Below, piece after piece: positions 27,652-37,357 of a stretch of DNA of 64,000 bases. The position numbers and the translations under genes were made by a program. Each line of letters opens with the position of its first letter. The first letter of the stretch is position 1. The notes under the pieces are model-generated. The model had not been told where the DNA came from, made no database searches, and saw nothing but the letters and a program-made list of their open reading frames with translations. This stretch comes from a virus (Duplodnaviria; Caudoviricetes). Location: positions 32,001-96,000 of the IMG/VR virus record IMGVR_UViG_3300010163_000003. The stretch is one strand, 5' to 3'.

Positions 27652-28383
27652 ATGCAATTAGCACTTGTTAATGGAGACAAACAACTCGTTATCAATTTTG
27701 ATGGATTCAGGGTTGATAGTATTGAAGAAATTAGTGCATTGATGACCGAAGCAGGTAAACTTTTCAACACATATGATAACCATGTTTGTCATTGTAAAGA
27801 GAAGTCAAGCTCTAATGCACCTACTCATGTACCTGCTCCTCCACAAGAGCGTGACTTCTCTGTCCGTGAAAGATTGCCAAACAATGTCGTAGATCTTAGC
27901 ACCTTGAATGTTAAACAAGCTAAAGCATCTAATGTTCTTGTTCGTTGTCCTTCATGTGGTCAGAGTCATTGTGTAATGGTTAAGCTTGAAAATGAAAGTT
28001 ATTTCATGCGTAAAGATTATAAATTACAAGAATTTATAATCATTGGTCATTACCCTGTCGAATTTGATTGTATTAAACATGCATATATTCAATATGGCGA
28101 AAAGCCCAATGATTATTTCAAACGGATACAATCAATGGGAGAAATAAATTCTAATGATTTCAATGTGTCGCCTGACACTGAATTATTTTGCCCTATTTGT
28201 GGCAAGGGTGACGAATTCAAGTCATGGAATGACGCATGGGAACATCCAGAAAAATATTTTGAACATGAGCATATATGTGAAGCATGTGGCGGAGAGTGTT
28301 CTCTTATCGTAAGTAAAGATAATACTGATAACCATATGGACAAATATAAGTGTGAAACATGCGGCTCACTGTGGGATGATTAA
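27652..28383 (+). CDS. Multi-zinc-ribbon hypothetical protein
   Basis: CPSC, CPIC, CEAC, CETC pairs. Confidence 0.7.
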   Translation: MQLALVNGDKQLVINFDGFRVDSIEEISALMTEAGKLFNTYDNHVCHCKEKSSSNAPTHVPAPPQERDFSVRERLPNNVVDLSTLNVKQAKASNVLVRCPSCGQSHCVMVKLENESYFMRKDYKLQEFIIIGHYPVEFDCIKHAYIQYGEKPNDYFKRIQSMGEINSNDFNVSPDTELFCPICGKGDEFKSWNDAWEHPEKYFEHEHICEACGGECSLIVSKDNTDNHMDKYKCETCGSLWDD

Positions 28384-28393
28384 GGAGGATATT

Positions 28394-28696
28394 ATGAAAA
28401 GTAATGAGATCCGTGAAGTTTTAAAGGCTCTTGAAAGCGATTTGTCTCCTGTGGCCGTAGGCGATTATTCTCCCAACAAAATGGCTCGAATGCTCAGGGA
28501 ACGTGGATTAATTAAATGTACAGCTGACATGAATCGTCTTGCTCTTGAGATGATACAGCAGATAATTAGAGATGGCGATGAAATCCCTGTTCATTATTAC
28601 AATAAGAACGAAGATATGCCTGAAGGCAGCAGAGTTATTAACGACGTCCCTTGTCTTACAGATGATTATATCGCTACTTACATGAGTGGAGAATAA
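28394..28696 (+). CDS. Hypothetical protein
   Basis: ATG after aaggagg. Confidence 0.65.
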   Translation: MKSNEIREVLKALESDLSPVAVGDYSPNKMARMLRERGLIKCTADMNRLALEMIQQIIRDGDEIPVHYYNKNEDMPEGSRVINDVPCLTDDYIATYMSGE

Positions 28697-28699
28697 TAT

Positions 28700-28717
28700 T
28701 CGCCCCTAACGGGGCGA
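28700..28717 (+). other. GC-rich intergenic hairpin
   Basis: tcgcccc-taac-ggggcga; no U-tract. Confidence 0.6.
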
Positions 28718-28744
28718 TAGTGAATATGTTTAAGGAGGTAGCCA

Positions 28745-29953
28745 ATGTACGACATTGATACTGCCGACTTAAAAGCTCATGCACCTCTTATTCCATATAT
28801 ACAGAATCATTATAAAAATAAAATCATTCCCGAAAAAAGAACTAAAGGGACAGTCTTTTGTAAATGCTTATGGCATCAAGAAGATACACCTTCATTAGCT
28901 TTCTTTGAGAATGGAACGTACAAGTGTTTCGGTTGCGGAGCGCACGGAGATGTTATATCTCTCGTGCGCTCCATTGAAGGTGTAGGCTTTGAAGAGGCAT
29001 GTAAAATTATCGCAGATAATGTAAACTATCCACTTATCATGCGTAATATTAATCCTGCTCATGAAATATATAAAGATAAACTCGATGAATTTAACCGTAG
29101 GTATTGGGCGAATCTTCAGAATAATTCTACTGCATTAAATTATGTCATGAACGTTAGAGGTATTAACGCTAACATGATTGACTTATATAGGCTAGGTTTT
29201 ACCGACTCAGAAGAATATAAATATCGAACTGATATTGGAAATATATCTTCTAAGTTAGTATTCCCAATACTTGAACATCGCAGACGAAAAGCAAAATGCG
29301 TAGGTATGGCTTATAGGACACTAGGCAATGACAAACCTAAGTATCTTAATGACCCTAATCAAGAAGGTAAACAAGGGCAAGATAACGCTTTAATAAATGT
29401 ATTTATTAAGGGCAACATGCTTTATGGTTTACCTCAAGCATACGAGGGCATATCTAAATTCAGATATGCTATTATTGTTGAAGGATATTTCGATGTTATC
29501 AGCTTATATCAAAGTGGATTAACAAATGCAGTAAGTACAATGGGAACTAATATAACAATGGCTCAACTTGATGCATTGAAAAAGATAACAGATAATGTTC
29601 TTATATGTTATGACGGAGATAATGCTGGTATAGAAGCCACTTCTAAAAACATTAAAAAGTTATTAGAGTATGGTTTCAATGTTGCTGTATGTTCTTTAAG
29701 TGCAGGGCAAGACCCTGCTGACTTATGCAAGTCATTAGATTTTAATTATTTTAAAGTTAATGATGCTATTAAAGAACACACAACACAAGGAATAGAATTT
29801 ATTGTTAGTCGAATCGTTCAACATTATGAAAGTATAGTTATTAAAGAAAGAATTAAAGCAGTGAAAGAGGGACTATCTTTTATTGAATGCATTAAAGATC
29901 CATCAATGAAAGAAGTGTTTAAAAATTATTTGAATAAGCGATTGGATATATAA
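28745..29953 (+). CDS. dnaG: DNA primase (DnaG type)
   Basis: CLWH..DTPS, CFGCG zinc finger, PKYLN, IVEGYFDV, CYDGDNAG, QDPAD. Confidence 0.93.
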   Translation: MYDIDTADLKAHAPLIPYIQNHYKNKIIPEKRTKGTVFCKCLWHQEDTPSLAFFENGTYKCFGCGAHGDVISLVRSIEGVGFEEACKIIADNVNYPLIMRNINPAHEIYKDKLDEFNRRYWANLQNNSTALNYVMNVRGINANMIDLYRLGFTDSEEYKYRTDIGNISSKLVFPILEHRRRKAKCVGMAYRTLGNDKPKYLNDPNQEGKQGQDNALINVFIKGNMLYGLPQAYEGISKFRYAIIVEGYFDVISLYQSGLTNAVSTMGTNITMAQLDALKKITDNVLICYDGDNAGIEATSKNIKKLLEYGFNVAVCSLSAGQDPADLCKSLDFNYFKVNDAIKEHTTQGIEFIVSRIVQHYESIVIKERIKAVKEGLSFIECIKDPSMKEVFKNYLNKRLDI

Positions 29954-29961
29954 GTGAGGTT

Positions 29962-31041
29962 ATGGTATTGAGTAATTTTACTAACTTTGGTTCTAACTAT
30001 TCCAAAGACGAACAAGAACAAATGCTGCATGCTGTTGTTAATGCCGATGGAGTAGACGACACTACTACATTTATTGACATCAATGACAAAATTGATTTTA
30101 AATGTCAGAGATGCGGAGCATGTTGTTTAAATAGAGACGATATACTTCTAAATGCATATGATGTTTATAGGATATCTAAACATCTCGGGATGAGTTGTTT
30201 TGACTTTGTCAAGAGCTATACAGAAATTGGCTTAAGCGGAGACAAAAGGCTTCCAACAATAAAACTTAAAACTAATCAATTAACTGGTTATTGTCCCTTC
30301 CTTATGTTCGATTATATGCATGGCGGCGTTTATAAATGCAAAATCAATGATGTTAAACCTGGAGCATGTGCAAGTCATCCTTTAGGAATTTTATCTATGT
30401 GTGATAGAGATGATACAGATCATATAGAAACTACTCTTGTTAAAGTAGAACAGTGTGACAAAAGTAAAGTTGGAAACATGATTAATGTAAGAGATCATAT
30501 GGCTTATTATTTTAATCATGAAAAAGAATATAACTTAGCTCATATACTGTCTATTACTGTAGCCAATAATTTTGATTGGCGGTTGTTATACTTTATATCA
30601 ATGGCTTGTACTGCAAGTCTCATCAAGAAAGGTCTTCCATTAAAAGATGACATCATGGCATCTACAATAAACGTTGTTGCAAGCGTAGCTCTTCACTATA
30701 TATACTTTGAATATGACATCAATGAATACTTCATTCCGCAGGCAGAAGAAAATCTTGCAATAATTAAACATCTATTCGTCGAACCATTTAACGAACATGA
30801 ATTGTTAATGGAAGCTATGTGCGGTATATTTACGAATTGTACTGGAGAAGATCCTAAAGAAGTATTAAAATACGCCGATGAACATGGCATTGACATAGAG
30901 GACATTCTTAAAGAGTATGCCGATGGTAAGCGTAAAATTGATTACGAAGGATTTAAGAAAAAGAAACATCCTGAAGAAGATAGTAATGACTACGAATACA
31001 GTGACAACGAAGAAGAGGAGGCATACGACGATGAATGCTGA
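29962..31041 (+). CDS. YkgJ-family Cys-cluster protein with acidic tail
   Basis: FKCQRCGACC, CPFL, CKI...KPGACASHP. Confidence 0.75.
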   Translation: MVLSNFTNFGSNYSKDEQEQMLHAVVNADGVDDTTTFIDINDKIDFKCQRCGACCLNRDDILLNAYDVYRISKHLGMSCFDFVKSYTEIGLSGDKRLPTIKLKTNQLTGYCPFLMFDYMHGGVYKCKINDVKPGACASHPLGILSMCDRDDTDHIETTLVKVEQCDKSKVGNMINVRDHMAYYFNHEKEYNLAHILSITVANNFDWRLLYFISMACTASLIKKGLPLKDDIMASTINVVASVALHYIYFEYDINEYFIPQAEENLAIIKHLFVEPFNEHELLMEAMCGIFTNCTGEDPKEVLKYADEHGIDIEDILKEYADGKRKIDYEGFKKKKHPEEDSNDYEYSDNEEEEAYDDEC

Positions 31042-31414
31042 TGAAGTTTTTAACGCTCAAGAACTTAAAGCTTTTGAAGCCTTAGATGAAATTAATAAAA
31101 AGGTTAAAGCCCTTGAAAAGGAAAAGAAACGATACAGTGATAAAGTTAAAGCTCTAATGCAAGACAAGAAGGTTGATTCCATAGAGCATGATGGGACCAA
31201 GTTTTCTATTACTAAAAGCGAACGTCACGTTGTTAAGTCATCAAACGATTTTGTATCTAAACTTATATCCATGGGCAAGAAAAGCCTTGTGAGATATGAA
31301 ATTGTTCCAGATGTTGAAAGCATTTTAGCAGAAGTAAATGCTGGCGCATTGGATAAAGATTTCGTTGATGATTATATTAAAGTTACTCCTATTACAACTC
31401 TTCGGTGTACCTGA
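31031..31414 (+). CDS. Hypothetical protein (coiled coil)
   Basis: ATG at 31031 after gaggagg. Confidence 0.65.
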   Translation: MNADEVFNAQELKAFEALDEINKKVKALEKEKKRYSDKVKALMQDKKVDSIEHDGTKFSITKSERHVVKSSNDFVSKLISMGKKSLVRYEIVPDVESILAEVNAGALDKDFVDDYIKVTPITTLRCT

Positions 31415-31965
31415 TGTCCGTTGAGGATATGAAAAATTATCTCTTGCCTTTAGATATTCCACCTGAAGGCAAGAGATACGCCTTAAACTTCTGCAAAAAG
31501 ATAAAATATATGGAGGGACTAAGAAGAAAAGCTGCTACCGATACTGGAAGCAATGTCTCTCTTGGGTATGGAGATATAAATTCTAAAATATGTTTTATCT
31601 TTCAATCGCCTAATGAATTAGGCAAGATAAAAAATAGAGTTCAAAGTGAATTGGACAAGTATTCAATAAATTTCTGGCAAGTATGGACCACCTTTATTGA
31701 TAAAACTAACACAGAATATCCAGACAAATTAACACTGTTGGCTTATGAAATAAATGCTGTAAATCCTACAATTATATATTTTTTTGGAGATAATGAAGAT
31801 ATATATAACGATACAATAAATAGTATTTATAACTGTAAGCCTAGTAATTTACAAAAACACTTCTTCATTGACATTAATGATTTAGGTTCTGATAATCCAG
31901 ATATTAAATCTGTACTATGGAAGAAGATGCATTACCTTATAAACTACCAAACAATAGATAAGTAA
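31414..31965 (+). CDS. Second degenerate UDG-like fold protein
   Basis: GYGDINSKICFIF, VWTTFIDK, LAYEINAVNPTIIYFFG align to the UDG4 scaffold and to the 7272 gene. Confidence 0.45.
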   Translation: MSVEDMKNYLLPLDIPPEGKRYALNFCKKIKYMEGLRRKAATDTGSNVSLGYGDINSKICFIFQSPNELGKIKNRVQSELDKYSINFWQVWTTFIDKTNTEYPDKLTLLAYEINAVNPTIIYFFGDNEDIYNDTINSIYNCKPSNLQKHFFIDINDLGSDNPDIKSVLWKKMHYLINYQTIDK

Positions 31966-31977
31966 AGGAGAATTACA

Positions 31978-32532
31978 TTGAGTGATTCTAAAGGATTTAA
32001 CCCGTCAGAAATTCGCAGAGCATATAACAGTGCGCAATGGAAAGCAAAAGAAGACTGGTACGCCGAACAAGTTAACAATTTAGTTATTGGTGACATGCCT
32101 ACTCCTGCTGAAGTACAAGGACTTGCATCTCAAATAGATGCTTTACTTTCTATGGCACGTATTGATTATGCCTATGTAGCTCAAGCGTACAATAGGTATT
32201 CTATGCAGTTAAAAGCTGAAGAAAAACGGTTATTTGTTGACCTTAAACTTCAGCCTCCTACACAGTATGCTGGACTTAAGCTTACTGTAGACGAGATGAA
32301 AGGTGTGGTAACATCTTGTCTCATGAATAATAAATGGGCTGGCACTCAGTACTCATTATATCAGCTTGTAGAAGAATCTAGCTCTCGTGATATATTTATG
32401 GAGGCTGTCATTAAAACTCTTCAAGATAAAAAGGATCTCCTCATTACTCATAGTGGTATGCTGAAGATTGAAAATAGTCTTAGCGCTCTCTCGCCTAGTG
32501 TACCAAAGGGAGGAAGTATTCCTAATGGATGA
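31978..32532 (+). CDS. Helical hypothetical protein (possibly a UvsY-like mediator)
   Basis: TTG start after aaggag; helical pattern; function is a weak guess. Confidence 0.55.
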   Translation: MSDSKGFNPSEIRRAYNSAQWKAKEDWYAEQVNNLVIGDMPTPAEVQGLASQIDALLSMARIDYAYVAQAYNRYSMQLKAEEKRLFVDLKLQPPTQYAGLKLTVDEMKGVVTSCLMNNKWAGTQYSLYQLVEESSSRDIFMEAVIKTLQDKKDLLITHSGMLKIENSLSALSPSVPKGGSIPNG

Positions 32533-32701
32533 CAGTATTCATGTTGAAATAACTCCAGATATGATATATATTGCAACTGAAAACTCTAGTAGAGCGCGTT
32601 ACAATTTTGGGAACATTGCCTTTAATGATATAGAAAATCGCAAGAGCAGAATTATTGAAGCGTTTAGTAATTATGTTAGAAACTACTACAGGGGTAATTA
32701 A
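32525..32701 (+). CDS. Small hypothetical protein
   Basis: ATG after ggagg. Confidence 0.5.
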   Translation: MDDSIHVEITPDMIYIATENSSRARYNFGNIAFNDIENRKSRIIEAFSNYVRNYYRGN

Positions 32702-32703
32702 GC

Positions 32704-32898
32704 ATGGATATAACTATTACAATGGATGTCTGTCTTTCGCAAAAATATGTTAATGATAAAAGTCACGAGGTAAGAATTAAAGAAAGAAATCATGATTGGG
32801 GATTTTATCGTATTCCTAATGATGATCTTGATAACATAGTTAAAATCTTTTCCGATTATGTTTATACTCATCTTAATGGAGTCAAGAATAATGTGTGA
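32704..32898 (+). CDS. Small hypothetical protein
   Basis: 64 aa, operon packing. Confidence 0.5.
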   Translation: MDITITMDVCLSQKYVNDKSHEVRIKERNHDWGFYRIPNDDLDNIVKIFSDYVYTHLNGVKNNV

Positions 32899-33457
32899 AT
32901 ATTATGATATCTGTAAAAATAATCATAGTTGTTATAGATGTTTTAATCATGAGTTATTAAATATTAAAGGTAAAAGACATATGACTCGTATCACAAACAT
33001 CACAGAACCTCATGATTATAAAACATCTATGCGAGATGATTCATGGAAAGATCTTGAGCAACAAGTAGCTGATAAACTTAACAATGTTCCCACCATACAA
33101 GATGCAAGAAGGAGTAGAGCATCAGGCTCTTTATGGTTTGAGAAAGGCGATGTTGTTGACGCTATTCTTCATCCTGAATGTAAAGAACGTACAGGCAAAG
33201 AGTTAAAAACTGGCGAGAAGACCATGACTATTAAAAAGGAATGGCTTGAAAAAGCATCTAAAGAATGCGAACAAGAAGGTACAACAATGTGTTTACCTTT
33301 CAGGTTTAAAGGAGACAAAAATATATATTGTATCTTCAATAATAATGATATTGCTACTCTTATTACAACTATGAAATCATATATGCTTGACAATGAAACA
33401 AAAGATACAGAAATTAAGCAACTAAAAAAATTACTGGAGAATTATAAACATGAGTAA
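32891..33457 (+). CDS. PD-(D/E)xK nuclease, Hjc/resolvase-like
   Basis: LEQQVADKL, ASGS...KGDV, PECK. Confidence 0.6.
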   Translation: MCEYYDICKNNHSCYRCFNHELLNIKGKRHMTRITNITEPHDYKTSMRDDSWKDLEQQVADKLNNVPTIQDARRSRASGSLWFEKGDVVDAILHPECKERTGKELKTGEKTMTIKKEWLEKASKECEQEGTTMCLPFRFKGDKNIYCIFNNNDIATLITTMKSYMLDNETKDTEIKQLKKLLENYKHE

Positions 33458-33485
33458 TAGCTTTCATGAATTTGGAGAATAACAA

Positions 33486-34703
33486 ATGGAATACGTTGCA
33501 TTGTATCAAAAATATAGACCTGATTCGTTTGATATGATATATGGTCAAGAGCCTATCGTTAATACTCTAACAAGTCAGATAGTAAATAATCGTATATTCC
33601 ATTCATATCTTTTTAGTGGTCCAAGAGGAACTGGCAAAACTACTGTAGCAAAATTATTTGCTAAAGCTATTAATTGCAGTGCTCCATTTAAAGCTAATCC
33701 TTGTGGTAAATGTTCTTCATGCATTAATACACAACAAGGAACGAATATAGACATAGTGGAAATAGATGCTGCATCAAACAATGGCGTAGATAACATTAGA
33801 GCAATCATTGAAGAATCTAGATATATGCCTCAGTTTGGTAAGTATAAAGTATATATCATAGACGAAGCTCATATGTTATCAGCTTCTGCTTATAATGCAT
33901 TGCTTAAAACTCTTGAAGAACCACCATCCAATGTTGTATTTATATTGGCAACTACAGAATGTCATAAGATTCCTGCTACAATATTTTCTCGTTGTCAGCA
34001 TTTTACCTTTAGGCTTATACCAGAATATGATATTGTAAATTGTCTAAAATTTATATGCATTAATGAAAGTGTACAATACGACATAAAAGCTTTGCAATAT
34101 ATTGCAAAGCTTGCTAATGGTGGTATGAGAAATGCAATTAGTATGCTTGATCAATGTATAGGTCTTAATCGAGATAGTGTTGACTTATGTATAGTAGAAC
34201 AGTTATTTGAAACAGTGGATTCTGATGTGATATCATCTATTATATCTTATATCAATAATAAAGATAGCGTCTCTATCTTTAAGATACTAGATAAGCAAAT
34301 GGAATTTGGCAAGGATCTTCTTTCATTATGTTCTAAACTGTATGATGCATATAAAGAACAACTTATGTTCAATCAAAACAATCCTCTTTTCCAACGCAAC
34401 ACTAAGATACTTGGAGAAATGGAAGAAAGAATGAAATGGAATAAGAGTCGTACTACTTTTGAAGTAGGTATATTAAAATTATGTGAACCAACTGCTAGTG
34501 ATAATTATGAATCATTGTCAGCAAAAATAAATGGAATTGAGAACACATTGAAAACTTTGATTAATAATATTGCTAGCGCAGGTACACCATTTAATGTGTC
34601 TAATAATCTTATTCCCAGAAATGAAACAAAAACTAAAATTGAAGAGTTTTGTCTCAAATATGGGATTAAGAAAACTAGAAACAAACACTTGATTATTTAC
34701 TAG
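33486..34703 (+). CDS. dnaX: DNA polymerase III clamp-loader gamma/tau subunit
   Basis: LYQKYRP, SGPRGTGKTT, EIDAASNNGVD, IIDEAHML, LLKTLEEPP, SRCQ. Confidence 0.95.
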   Translation: MEYVALYQKYRPDSFDMIYGQEPIVNTLTSQIVNNRIFHSYLFSGPRGTGKTTVAKLFAKAINCSAPFKANPCGKCSSCINTQQGTNIDIVEIDAASNNGVDNIRAIIEESRYMPQFGKYKVYIIDEAHMLSASAYNALLKTLEEPPSNVVFILATTECHKIPATIFSRCQHFTFRLIPEYDIVNCLKFICINESVQYDIKALQYIAKLANGGMRNAISMLDQCIGLNRDSVDLCIVEQLFETVDSDVISSIISYINNKDSVSIFKILDKQMEFGKDLLSLCSKLYDAYKEQLMFNQNNPLFQRNTKILGEMEERMKWNKSRTTFEVGILKLCEPTASDNYESLSAKINGIENTLKTLINNIASAGTPFNVSNNLIPRNETKTKIEEFCLKYGIKKTRNKHLIIY

Positions 34704-34711
34704 GAGGAACT

Positions 34712-35152
34712 ATGAAAGATGGTATAACATTATCTCCACGACATGGAGTCAATCCATCAATTACAAAATGCTTCTGGTGTGGAGAAGATATAGGCGTTAA
34801 ATTATTTGGTAAGATCGGGAAGAATGATGACGAAGCTCCACGTCATATCATCGTAAATTATGAGCCATGTAACAAATGCAAAGAAGCATTTAAGCAAGGA
34901 ATCTTAATGATTGGCGTGTCTGAGGACCAAGTCATTGATAACATGCCTCCAATCAGTGAGTCTTGCGGCGTTAAATTATATCCTACTGGAGCGCATGCTG
35001 TCGTTACAGAAGACTTTGCTAAGTTTATCTTTAAGGATATTCCAAAAGAAGAACTGGATACAATCCTTAAAGCAAGAAAGGTATTAATGCCTTCAGAACA
35101 TGTGATACAATTATTAAAAGCGTTAGAAGTTAATGAGGAGGAAAACAAATGA
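34712..35152 (+). CDS. Hypothetical zinc-binding protein
   Basis: CFWC and CNKC; RBS aggagg. Confidence 0.7.
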   Translation: MKDGITLSPRHGVNPSITKCFWCGEDIGVKLFGKIGKNDDEAPRHIIVNYEPCNKCKEAFKQGILMIGVSEDQVIDNMPPISESCGVKLYPTGAHAVVTEDFAKFIFKDIPKEELDTILKARKVLMPSEHVIQLLKALEVNEEENK

Positions 35153-36264
35153 TAATCATTCCTGCAAGTTATGAAGTATACTCTAACCCCGATCCTCTCA
35201 AGAAAATTGAGAGGATCGCACGAATATGCTACAAATCAGAGGATAAGATTTGCGAAGGTTCTGACATTAAAATGATTAAGAACCTGGTAAAGCGTCAGCA
35301 TTATGCGATGCTTGAACATGCTTCTGTATGCGTTGAAGTTAATCCTGAACTGTATAACGATGTAATGAATTCATTGGATTACACGGAACATACTTTGTAT
35401 GATAGTACCTTCTTCTATAGCTTCAAGAAGACAAGGAAACCTTATCTGCTGTTTACTCATTTACATACTCAGAACGAAAACTTAAAAGATCATTACGTTA
35501 TCTCTGGGAATATACGCGCATGGCTTGAAGCATTTGAAATGATGGCAAAAGAGTTTGGAATACCAGAAGCGCTCTATAATGTTATAGTAGAAGCTACTGG
35601 TGGCGAAGATGGCCCTATTGCATTTTCTCGTCCACGCTATGAAGAGCTTGCTAATAGTAAAAATATATTTGCTGACTATAGCTCGAAGCATTCTAATGGT
35701 GGCTATCAGTATTGTGCGCTAATTGAAGATGTAACTAAACTAACGCCACAAGAACGCATAGTTCATGAAGATATGACAGTAATATTTACAGTTGACCGTG
35801 GCGTAGCTCATGAACTTGTGCGTATGCGCGATTGTTCTTTCGCTCAAGAATCTACTCGCTATTGCAATTATGCTAGCGATAAGTTTGGTTCAAACATTAC
35901 TTTTATTAAACCATTTGAGTTCGATAATAAATCACATGAGTATTGGATATGGAGTAATACTATGAAATCGATAGAATCATCATATCTTGCACTCATTGAT
36001 AACGGGATTAAACCACAAATGGCACGTTCTATCCTTCCTAACTCTGTAAAATCAACAATAGCCGTGACTACTAACTTGAGAGAATGGCGACACATATTTA
36101 ACTTACGCGCTTGTGACGCTACAGGGCCTGCTCATCCTCAAATGAAAGAAGTAATGATTCCTCTCTTTAAAGAGGTTAGAAGTACATATCTTTTTGCTTT
36201 TACTGGCTTAAAGTTACCTGGAGAAGAAAATGAAAGTGTTAAAAATAATATGGAAGATAATTAA
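35149..36264 (+). CDS. thyX: FAD-dependent thymidylate synthase
   Basis: IERIARICY, HYAMLEH, DRGVAHELVR, FAQESTRY, ARSILP, TNLREWRH, AHPQM. Confidence 0.9.
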   Translation: MIIIPASYEVYSNPDPLKKIERIARICYKSEDKICEGSDIKMIKNLVKRQHYAMLEHASVCVEVNPELYNDVMNSLDYTEHTLYDSTFFYSFKKTRKPYLLFTHLHTQNENLKDHYVISGNIRAWLEAFEMMAKEFGIPEALYNVIVEATGGEDGPIAFSRPRYEELANSKNIFADYSSKHSNGGYQYCALIEDVTKLTPQERIVHEDMTVIFTVDRGVAHELVRMRDCSFAQESTRYCNYASDKFGSNITFIKPFEFDNKSHEYWIWSNTMKSIESSYLALIDNGIKPQMARSILPNSVKSTIAVTTNLREWRHIFNLRACDATGPAHPQMKEVMIPLFKEVRSTYLFAFTGLKLPGEENESVKNNMEDN

Positions 36265-36448
36265 ATTTCTTCTAGGAGTTATATCATTTTGTGGCATGTG
36301 GTTTATAATAATAACACATGATTTCCCAAATGAATATAATGCTTCAATTGCAATGCTCTTATGCGCATGCATTACTGTTTTCTTACTAATATTGCCCAGT
36401 GATTTTCTTGATTGTATAGAATTTTATCGAGTTAAATGGCCTAAATGA
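36230..36448 (+). CDS. Small membrane protein (2 TM)
   Basis: Two hydrophobic stretches in 72 aa. Confidence 0.55.
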   Translation: MKVLKIIWKIIKFLLGVISFCGMWFIIITHDFPNEYNASIAMLLCACITVFLLILPSDFLDCIEFYRVKWPK

Positions 36449-36461
36449 ATCTTAAAAAAGC

Positions 36462-36490
36462 TTGATAAAGTTACAGTTTTGTGATATCAT
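36462..36490 (+). promoter_or_regulatory. Putative promoter of spoVG
   Basis: TTGATA-17-TATCAT with TG extension. Confidence 0.5.
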
Positions 36491-36522
36491 ATTATTATCT
36501 TGTTAAGGAGGCTTAAGCCAAT

Positions 36523-36810
36523 ATGAATATCACAGACGTTCGTATGAAATTAATCGACAACGACACAAAGATGAAGGCTGTGGCTTCCATTACTATCGAC
36601 GGAGCTTTCGTAGTTCACGATATTCGCGTGATTGATGGCGATAAAGGTTGCTTCGTTGCTATGCCTTCCAAGCGTGATAGTGATGGAACTCATAGGGATA
36701 TTTGTCATCCTATCAATGGCGAGACTCGTCAGATGATTAAGGATCTTGTACTTAATAAGTATGATGAGATTTGTGCGTTGGAACACGATGAAAATCAGGA
36801 CGAAGACTAA
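36523..36810 (+). CDS. spoVG: SpoVG family nucleic-acid-binding regulator
   Basis: MNITDVR, KAVASITID..FVVHDIRVIDG, FVAMPSKR, DICHPIN. Confidence 0.95.
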   Translation: MNITDVRMKLIDNDTKMKAVASITIDGAFVVHDIRVIDGDKGCFVAMPSKRDSDGTHRDICHPINGETRQMIKDLVLNKYDEICALEHDENQDED

Positions 36811-36820
36811 CCATTAGATA

Positions 36821-36854
36821 GGCGCTCCCCTTACGGGGAGCGCCATTTCGTTTT
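36821..36854 (+). terminator. Intrinsic terminator
   Basis: ggcgctcccc-ttac-ggggagcgcc followed by atttcgtttt. Confidence 0.75.
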
Positions 36855-36867
36855 AGGAGATGATAAT

Positions 36868-37059
36868 ATGTTTGGCGAGAAACAAACTGTTAGTCAAGTA
36901 TACACTAGCTCATTCGATGGACCAGTTGAAGTAGATTACAATACTGGTGTATATAAGGCGGCACAAAATCAAGGAGCCGCTTTTAATGAAGAAGGGCTAA
37001 AAGATGTAACTTTCCATAAAACAAAAAAAGGTGTATCAAAAGCATTGGATAATTTTTAG
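36868..37059 (+). CDS. Small hypothetical protein
   Basis: 63 aa, RBS aggag. Confidence 0.55.
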   Translation: MFGEKQTVSQVYTSSFDGPVEVDYNTGVYKAAQNQGAAFNEEGLKDVTFHKTKKGVSKALDNF

Positions 37060-37087
37060 TGACAATATGAAGTAAGTATGATATAAT
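37059..37087 (+). promoter_or_regulatory. SigmaA-type promoter
   Basis: GTGACA-17-TATAAT with TG extension. Confidence 0.6.
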
Positions 37088-37119
37088 GATTTAAAATAAT
37101 ATAAGGAGGGTGCTCTTTA

Positions 37120-37305
37120 ATGAAGCAACCTAAAAAACTTACTAGAAATCAAAAAATTATACTTACCAAAAACGGAATGGATGCTAATTCTTATATGTTG
37201 TTAGAAGATAGCAATGACAGATTTACTGTAGTAATGAAACCAGAATATGATGTAAGACGAACTATAAAGTATACTGGCGAACGGTCAGGTATATTATTAA
37301 CATAA
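37120..37305 (+). CDS. Small phage protein (DUF6906-like)
   Basis: MKQPKKLTRNQK start typical of small Firmicute phage proteins; own promoter and RBS aaggagg. Confidence 0.6.
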   Translation: MKQPKKLTRNQKIILTKNGMDANSYMLLEDSNDRFTVVMKPEYDVRRTIKYTGERSGILLT

Positions 37306-37310
37306 AATCT

Positions 37311-37352
37311 TTAGGGGGAGGACGCTGCAATATTGCAGCGTCCTCCCCCTAA
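37311..37352. terminator. Perfect 42-bp palindrome at the convergence of the two arms (bidirectional terminator candidate)
   Basis: ttagggggaggacgctgcaat|attgcagcgtcctccccctaa, flanked by A/T tracts. Confidence 0.8.
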
Positions 37353-37357
37353 CTTTT

